DNA of 64,000 nt from Spirochaetia bacterium (GTDB lineage: Bacteria; Spirochaetota; Spirochaetia; SZUA-6; Bin103): positions 384,001-448,000 of the forward strand of contig CBDBOV010000001.1 of assembly GCA_965208575.1 (NCBI GenBank), read 5' to 3'. The stretch's first letter is position 1. Every line of letters starts with the position of its first letter. The position numbers were made by a program, and so were the translations under genes. Under the pieces are notes generated by a model, which was not told the DNA's origin, made no database searches, and saw only the letters and a list, made by a program, of their open reading frames with translations. Positions 58,098 through 64,000 of this stretch are shown here, piece by piece.

Positions 58098-58981
58098 GCT
58101 GGCAGTGGGAATTGATCCACCACCACGAGTTCATCACCGAGGGACCGGTGTGGGACGGCCGCTACCTGTTCTACTCCGAGATATACGCCAACCGCACCTG
58201 GCGCTACGATCCGGCCGGCGGCGAGCGGGTGGTGTGGCGCGAGGGCACGCAGCGCGCCAACGGCATGCTGCGCGCGCCCGGCGGCGGCCTGCTGGCGTGC
58301 GAGGGCGGCGGGCGGCGCGTGGTGCGTTATGTCGCGGATGGGTCCGCCGAGGTGATCGCCGACCGCTTCGAGGGCAAGCAGTTCAACGAGCCCAACGATC
58401 TCGCCCAGGCGAACAGCGGGCGCATCTGGTTCAGCGACCCCAACTACGGCGGGCGCCCCATGCAGCTCGACCACGAGTCGGTGTACTGCGTCGATCCGTC
58501 CGGTGCACCGGTCGCCACGCCGGAAGGCACGCCGGGCGGCGCGGCGGCGCGGCGCGTCACCTTCGACACCAACCGGCCCAACGGCGTCCTGCTGAACGAG
58601 GACGAGAGCGAACTGTACGTGGCCGAGAGCCCGCACCGGCCCGATCAGCGGCGCCAGTTGCGCGCCTACCCGATCGCCGCCGACGGTTCCCTCGGCGAAC
58701 ACCGCGTGCTGCACGACTTCGCCGACGGACGCGGCGTCGACGGCATGACGCGCACCACCGAGGGGCTGATCGTGGCCACGGCCGGGCACCGCGAGCGCGG
58801 CCCCGGGCCGATGATCTACGTGTTCGAGCCGTCCGGACGGGTGGTGTCCACGCATCCGTCGCCCACCGACAAGCCCACCAACTGCACCTTCGCCGAGGCG
58901 GGGCGCCGCGTGCTGTACGTTACGTTTTCCGGTGGCGAGCTGTACCGGGTGGCCGACACCGGCTTGGGCGGCGCCGTGTAG
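58094..58981 (+). CDS. SMP-30/gluconolactonase family protein
   Basis: TEGPVW, ANG, NEPND, FSDP, RPNG, VDGM, PTNCTF. Confidence 0.92.
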   Translation: MSWQWELIHHHEFITEGPVWDGRYLFYSEIYANRTWRYDPAGGERVVWREGTQRANGMLRAPGGGLLACEGGGRRVVRYVADGSAEVIADRFEGKQFNEPNDLAQANSGRIWFSDPNYGGRPMQLDHESVYCVDPSGAPVATPEGTPGGAAARRVTFDTNRPNGVLLNEDESELYVAESPHRPDQRRQLRAYPIAADGSLGEHRVLHDFADGRGVDGMTRTTEGLIVATAGHRERGPGPMIYVFEPSGRVVSTHPSPTDKPTNCTFAEAGRRVLYVTFSGGELYRVADTGLGGAV

Positions 58982-59080
58982 CTCTCCGGCCAGCCGGTGG
59001 CGAACTCCTGCCGGCCCGCCGCTCTCGGTGCGACGCCGGGCTCCACCACCGGCGGCGAGCAACCGCTGCGACAGCGCGGT

Positions 59081-59506
59081 TCAAGCCACGAACAACTGGT
59101 AGGCAAGGGTCGAGAACACCGCCCCGACCACCATGCCGACCACCACCTCGGAGGTGCTGTGGCCCACGACCGGCGGGTTGAACGCGGGCCGCCGGTCGGG
59201 CAGCAGTGCGATCAGCTCGCGCAGCACGCGGCTGTGGTGGTCTACGGTGCGGCGCAGGCGGATCGCGTCGAACACCACGATGGCGGCCAGCACTACCGAC
59301 ACCGTGAACGCCGCGGACGACCAGCCCTCCACCAGGCCCACCGAGACGGTCAGCGCGCTGACGAACGCGGAGTGGGCGCTCGGCATGCCGCCGGTGGAAA
59401 ACAGGCGATGCGCTTCCAGGCGGCGGTTGCGAATCGAGTAATACACCACCTTGAAGGCCTGGCAACCGAACTGGATGGCAACCGTTATCAGCAGCGCGGG
59501 ATTCAC
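59081..59506 (-). CDS. divergent PAP2 (DUF212) family protein
   Basis: Q.FK, TGGMPSAHSA, DA..RR, GHS..EV. Confidence 0.9.
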   Translation of the reverse strand: MNPALLITVAIQFGCQAFKVVYYSIRNRRLEAHRLFSTGGMPSAHSAFVSALTVSVGLVEGWSSAAFTVSVVLAAIVVFDAIRLRRTVDHHSRVLRELIALLPDRRPAFNPPVVGHSTSEVVVGMVVGAVFSTLAYQLFVA

Positions 59507-59537
59507 GATGGGAGGCCCCGCGGTGCTCGTAGGCGAC

Positions 59538-60827
59538 TCAGGTCAGTCCCGCGCGCAGGGCGCCGAGGTGGCGCGCAAAGTGGTCGGCGAGCACGTCGCA
59601 GTAGGTATCGGGATGCGCGTGCAGCACGGCGGCGATTGCCGGACCCAACTCGGCATCGCGCAGTGTCGATCCGAACGTGCAGTGCAGAATCTGGCGCCCC
59701 GGCTGCGTGAACCCGTTGCCCGCGGGAACACGGTCCCACAACTCCAGGTAGAGATGCTCCAGTTCGGTCGCATCGTCGATGGCGTCGGCGGACGCTACTC
59801 CTTCGACCGTCGCCGACACGTGGTAGGTGGCCTTGTCGGTGTCGTAGCGCCCGCGCCCGAATGCGATGATGCGGCGAAACAGCGCCTCGTCGTGACGCGC
59901 CACCACGCGCAACGCTTCCAGGTAGCTGGTGCCGGCGGTCTTGACGTGGAAGCGGCCGCGGCTGGCGCGCGCGAACGCCGGGTACATCGACAGCTTGTCG
60001 GAGCCGGAGTGCAGTGACAGCTTGTAGGGTCCGAGCGCGTCGGCAATGTCGGCATGCTGGCCGAGCGAACGTTCCAGCGCCGCCACGTCCCCCTTGTAGT
60101 CCACGCCCTTCTCGAAGTCGCCGACATAGCGCGGCGCCAGCGACACCAGTTTCATGCCGCTCTCGATGCACAGCTCGGCCACGATGTAGTGTTCCGCGAG
60201 CGTGGTGGGCTGCTCGGTTTCGTCGACGCTGAGCTCGATTTCGTAGTCGGTGCCGGCGGCCTCGTTGACGGTCCGAATGTGGTCGCCGAGCATCAGCGCG
60301 TGACCGATGGCGCGGCCATACTTCACCGCGCAGCGTATGCACGCCAGTTCGTCGAACGTGATGGTGGTGTCGCCGCAGGTGACCTCGCGGCCCTCGTAGC
60401 GCGCCACCCAGTCGGTCTCGTCGCGCACCGCGGCATACTTGGCCCGCAGGATGGCTTCGTCGTAGCTGTCGGCGTGCTCGTCGACGTGGTCGGACGGATC
60501 GATCGTGTAGAAGGTGTAACCCGCCGCGTGCGTGGCGTCGACGTCCGCGGTGGTCTTCAGGTGGTCGGCGTCGGCTCCGGTGCATCCGGCCCAGGAACTG
60601 GCGGCCATGCCGTGCAGGGCGTCGTGCAGTACCTCGGTTGGCGAACGGTCGGTGCGCTCCATCTCGCGGATCGATTGTTGGGCGAAGATCGGTTCGATGC
60701 CGGCGCCGTTGCGCGCCATCGCCGCCACGTGTCCCGGCGTGGCGAGTCCGATGCGGTCGCCGAACCCGAAACTGGGCGCCAGGCCCAGGGTGACGGCGCA
60801 CACCTGGGGAGCAGCTTCAGTAGCCAT
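59538..60827 (-). CDS. uxaE: tagaturonate/fructuronate epimerase
   Basis: GFGDRIGLATPGH, AQQSIRE, ADADH, ELSVDE, KLSLHSGSDK, HVKTAGTSYLE, RQILH. Confidence 0.92.
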   Translation of the reverse strand: MATEAAPQVCAVTLGLAPSFGFGDRIGLATPGHVAAMARNGAGIEPIFAQQSIREMERTDRSPTEVLHDALHGMAASSWAGCTGADADHLKTTADVDATHAAGYTFYTIDPSDHVDEHADSYDEAILRAKYAAVRDETDWVARYEGREVTCGDTTITFDELACIRCAVKYGRAIGHALMLGDHIRTVNEAAGTDYEIELSVDETEQPTTLAEHYIVAELCIESGMKLVSLAPRYVGDFEKGVDYKGDVAALERSLGQHADIADALGPYKLSLHSGSDKLSMYPAFARASRGRFHVKTAGTSYLEALRVVARHDEALFRRIIAFGRGRYDTDKATYHVSATVEGVASADAIDDATELEHLYLELWDRVPAGNGFTQPGRQILHCTFGSTLRDAELGPAIAAVLHAHPDTYCDVLADHFARHLGALRAGLT

Positions 60828-60996
60828 GTTCGCGGGCGATTATGTGGCATCGTCGTGGCGGGCGCAAGCCAACGCGCTAGCGTGAGTTTCCTAGTTATTT
60901 CGGGTGGCTGGTAGTTTGAGTGGATAAGTCATTTTAGGATAGCAAGTTACTCGCTATCCTGTCGGACGGGGCTTGTATACACTGACCGTGGTGCTG

Positions 60997-62697
60997 TCAG
61001 GGATGGGCGTGTCGGTATACGTCAAGTAGGCGGCACAGTTTGTCTTGCAGGGACGACCGTTCAGAGAGCACGTATTGAGCCCGGTAGCGCCCTCTGGTGG
61101 CCGGCTCAGGCGCGGCGTAGAGGTTGACCACTTCGGTCACGCCGCTGAGTTCCGTCAGTAGTTGCTCGATGGTAAGGAGTTGTCCGCCGTCGGCCGCCTT
61201 GCGTTGCAGCAGCGAACTCAGCAGCAGTGCCAACACACAATAGAACACGTGTACGCGCAGCTTCTGATCGGTCCAGTGGAAGGTCGGCGAGAAGCTCACC
61301 CAGTGGGGATTCTTCATCTGCTTGAACGCCCGCTCCACGTGATGTTGAGCGCGGCTGGCCAAGATGATCTCCTGGTCGCTCCACGACTCGTTGTCGGTGC
61401 ACAGGATGCGTTTGCCCAAGCGCCGGCGTTGCAAGCGCTGGTACGCTGCCCAATCGGTGCGAAATCGAAAACTGAGCACGCCGTCGGATTCGCTGATCTG
61501 AACCTTGAGAATCTGCTTTACGTACTGACCCGAGGTGATCGTGTCGAAATGCTTCTGCAAGGATGCTCTGCTGTAGCCTTTGCCCTTTGCTCCCGGTAGC
61601 TGGCTGCGCGCCAGCTTGCTGCGCAAGGCGCGCAACGCAGCGCGCTTCTTGCGCAACGCGTGGTTGATCCCAGCCAGCTGCCCGTCCAGCAACCGGCGAC
61701 TGTTGGTGACCACCACGGTGCGGCGCTCACCCCAGATCACCTTGTCGCTGCGGTAAGCGGTCACCCCGGCCAGCCGTGGGTCAGTGAAGGAGTGAAACCT
61801 GCCGGCGGGAACCGCCAGCAGATCCTCGTGCTGAGTCACGGTCAAGGAGGTGACGAAATGGTATGGGCCGGCTTGCAGCGCCTCGATATTCGCTCTCGAG
61901 GTGTTGCCGCCATCGAACACCAGCGTGACATCTTCGCAGTCCTGGGCCAACTGCTTGCAGCGGCTGATCAGCGTCTCGATCAAGCTCGAGAACATCGCGG
62001 CGTCATTCTGATTTCCCGGATACGGGTGTGAGAGCAGCGGAATGTGGTAGTCGCAGCTTACCAGGAGTGCCAAGCCCAGGATCCGCAGATCGGCGCGTTT
62101 GCTTTTCGCGTGGCCACGTTGTGCCAGTGCACTGACGGTGCGACTGTCGATGAACGTATCGAAGTTGGTCGCATCGAAGATGAGCGGTCGCAGATCGATC
62201 CGGTAGTGGTCGATCACCCGCTGCGCCAGTTGTTGCTCAATCGCGCCGATGGCAGCGCTGTCGAGCATGTTCATGTGATCCCAGAATCGCTGACTGGCGA
62301 GCGAGCGCTGTGCAGCGGGGAGCAGCCGATTCAACACCGTGCGTCGATACCACTGGTACAGAGAAGCCTTGCTGGAGGCGGCCACACAACGGTTCAGCGC
62401 CGCCACCAGCAGATACTGTCCGCAGGACAGTCCTTGGTCTCGCTTGGGGACCTGGGTATCGATAAGGCCCACCACATCCAACTCTTGGGCGATCTGCCAG
62501 AGCGCGGCCAACGCACCGAACTGAATGACCTTCGCCTTTGCCGGTCGGGTGGGAGCCTCACGGAGGCGCTGGAGCAACTTCTCTGCGCTGCCGAGATGTT
62601 CGAGGACGATGGGACGTGGTTTGCCGTTGACGCGTCTGGACTCGACGATCTGCCAGTAGGTGTGCCCGCGGGAGACCTTTTTCTGGAGGGTGGCCAC
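60997..62697 (-). CDS. IS1634-family transposase
   Basis: VESRRVNGKPR, FDATNF, RGHAKSKRADL, YPGN, VFDGG, VERAFKQMK, HWTDQKLRVH. Confidence 0.9.
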   Translation of the reverse strand: MATLQKKVSRGHTYWQIVESRRVNGKPRPIVLEHLGSAEKLLQRLREAPTRPAKAKVIQFGALAALWQIAQELDVVGLIDTQVPKRDQGLSCGQYLLVAALNRCVAASSKASLYQWYRRTVLNRLLPAAQRSLASQRFWDHMNMLDSAAIGAIEQQLAQRVIDHYRIDLRPLIFDATNFDTFIDSRTVSALAQRGHAKSKRADLRILGLALLVSCDYHIPLLSHPYPGNQNDAAMFSSLIETLISRCKQLAQDCEDVTLVFDGGNTSRANIEALQAGPYHFVTSLTVTQHEDLLAVPAGRFHSFTDPRLAGVTAYRSDKVIWGERRTVVVTNSRRLLDGQLAGINHALRKKRAALRALRSKLARSQLPGAKGKGYSRASLQKHFDTITSGQYVKQILKVQISESDGVLSFRFRTDWAAYQRLQRRRLGKRILCTDNESWSDQEIILASRAQHHVERAFKQMKNPHWVSFSPTFHWTDQKLRVHVFYCVLALLLSSLLQRKAADGGQLLTIEQLLTELSGVTEVVNLYAAPEPATRGRYRAQYVLSERSSLQDKLCRLLDVYRHAHP

Positions 62698-62704
62698 TGC
62701 AATC

Positions 62705-62734
62705 AGTGTATACACTTAGTACGGAGACAGTCAA
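62705..62734 (-). promoter_or_regulatory. transposase promoter overlapped by a palindrome
   Basis: TTGACT-18 bp-TACACT, 7 nt before the GTG; the -10 lies inside AGTGTATACACT. Confidence 0.5.
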
Positions 62735-62958
62735 GGAGAACCGGCATGAGTGGGTCGGAAGGATCGAAGAGGGGATACTTCGAGTAGTATTGAGGAAGCT
62801 GTCCGGCACGGCGCTCGATATATTCAGTGTATACACTGATCCTCTCAAGAGGAGAGTCCACTTCCGTGAACCTATCTTGTTTCATGGTAACAACTTATCT
62901 GGATGAACCAGAGAATCCCGCGGTCAAATCAACGGGATAAGTAGGAAGGTCAGGCTAG

Positions 62959-64000
62959 ATGAGCCAATTGCGCTGTAGCGGTTTTTTGGGCCGTTGAGCA
63001 GCCGGTCACACCAGAGAGCACGCGCCCGGGACGTTGACGGCGTCGCTGACGCTCGCCCGGCGCCGAATGACGGCTCTATCGAGTGTGCTGAGTGGGGTCC
63101 GCGAGGTGGGATCAAGCCTCATCCGTGGCTCAATGCACAGATCGGGACAGACCGGTCTCGCTGAGGAGCCGGTGGGATTGGGTTTCTTGGTGACCGGCGA
63201 GTGGCCGTCGGTCAGGCGGGTTTGACCAGACTCCGCAGGTTCTCTGGTTGGCCGGCGCGGATGCGCCCCACGGCCATCGCCAGCATGATCGTCAGCGCCA
63301 TGGTGACGCGCAGCTGCATCTTCGCCAGCCCGCGGATGCCCGGTCGCTCGAACCCGAAGCCGCCGGCCAACCGGCTGTTGACCCGCTCCACGGCACCGCG
63401 CTGGTCGTAGAAGTCCTGCCACCGGTAGCTGGACCGCGCCACCGGCGTGAACACGCGCCGATCCTCGGCCAGCGGGATGCGCACCGCGTCGCTCACCGGG
63501 CACCGATCCATGCCCTTGCAGGTGACCCCCGAGTAGCGCGCCGGACAGCGATACTTGAGCGACTCGCGAGCCTGCTCGAAGCCGCCGTAGGCCATGCGGT
63601 GCAGTTCACCGGTCCGCGGGCACATGCAGGATACCTGGCCGTCGTGGGTATAGATCACGTTCTCCTGACCGCTCACCCGCTTGGTGAGGACGCCATCCTG
63701 CTCCGCCTCTCCGTCCTTCCAGCAGTTTCGAATGTCGATGACCGGCTTGATCTGATGCTGTTGCCACAGCCGATTGATCAGCTTTTGGTCGTCGTAGCCC
63801 TTGTCGGCGCTCAGGCGATCGCACCGTTGCAGCAGCTCGGGATGACGATCCTGCATCTGATCAAGCAGTCGCTGTGCCTGCGGCTGCTCACCGGTCGACG
63901 CCTTGGTGACCTCGAACGCCAGCGGCACCTCGTAGGTGGCGTCCACGACCAAGTGCAACAGGTAGCCGAACCAGTAGTGTTTCTTCTTGCCTTTCTTCTC
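62959..64000 (-). mobile_element. partial IS (IS5/IS1182-like DDE); extends beyond the window
   Basis: Transposase 3' end plus a ~250-bp non-coding tail ending at ATGAGCCAATTGCGC next to CTAG; boundary inferred. Confidence 0.55.
63212..64000 (-). CDS. DDE transposase, C-terminal part
   Basis: YWFGYLLHLVVD, SADKGYD, Y..RGAVERVNSRL. Confidence 0.88.
   Translation of the reverse strand, partial: EKKGKKKHYWFGYLLHLVVDATYEVPLAFEVTKASTGEQPQAQRLLDQMQDRHPELLQRCDRLSADKGYDDQKLINRLWQQHQIKPVIDIRNCWKDGEAEQDGVLTKRVSGQENVIYTHDGQVSCMCPRTGELHRMAYGGFEQARESLKYRCPARYSGVTCKGMDRCPVSDAVRIPLAEDRRVFTPVARSSYRWQDFYDQRGAVERVNSRLAGGFGFERPGIRGLAKMQLRVTMALTIMLAMAVGRIRAGQPENLRSLVKPA

Larger units (their letters stand above)
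60881..62954 (-). mobile_element. IS1634-family-like insertion sequence
   Basis: Imperfect terminal IR cgtgagtttcctagttatttcg / cctgaccttcctacttatcccg (16 of 22 match); flanking CTAG at 60877-60880 and 62955-62958. Confidence 0.75.

Noticed and set aside
60937-60959. Intrinsic terminator for the IS1634 transposase
   Set aside because: The ggatagc..gctatcc hairpin is present but is not followed by a U-tract on either strand.

Overview
High-GC bacterial chromosome segment. The solute-binding-protein N-termini (FAGGEEET, LAGGAEET) and a Bdr/LA_3696-like repeat protein suggest a Spirochaetota lineage (inference). Most of the window is catabolic and transport genes: a probable D-apiose isomerase/kinase/split-transketolase operon with a divergent DeoR regulator, three ABC importer clusters plus a stand-alone binding protein, a sulfatase, a variant GH32, several oxidoreductases, uxaE, trpD, an ECF sigma/anti-sigma pair, TlpA/CcdA and two toxin-antitoxin-related loci. 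Mobile DNA: (i) a 3.8-kb composite IS (25045-28839, CAATT target duplication) with an rve/DDE transposase, a frameshifted fragment of a second transposase, and two diverged copies of a multi-hairpin element showing structure-preserving changes; (ii) an IS1634-like element (60881-62954, CTAG duplication) abutting a third, partial IS. The best candidates for novelty are the IS-borne structured repeat, a lower-GC stand-alone nucleotide-kinase/NUDIX fusion gene, and a peptide/nickel-type importer linked to a GldA/F/G-DUF4340 exporter and a parvulin foldase. No rRNA, tRNA or CRISPR array was seen. All family assignments come from motif recognition by eye, not from database searches.
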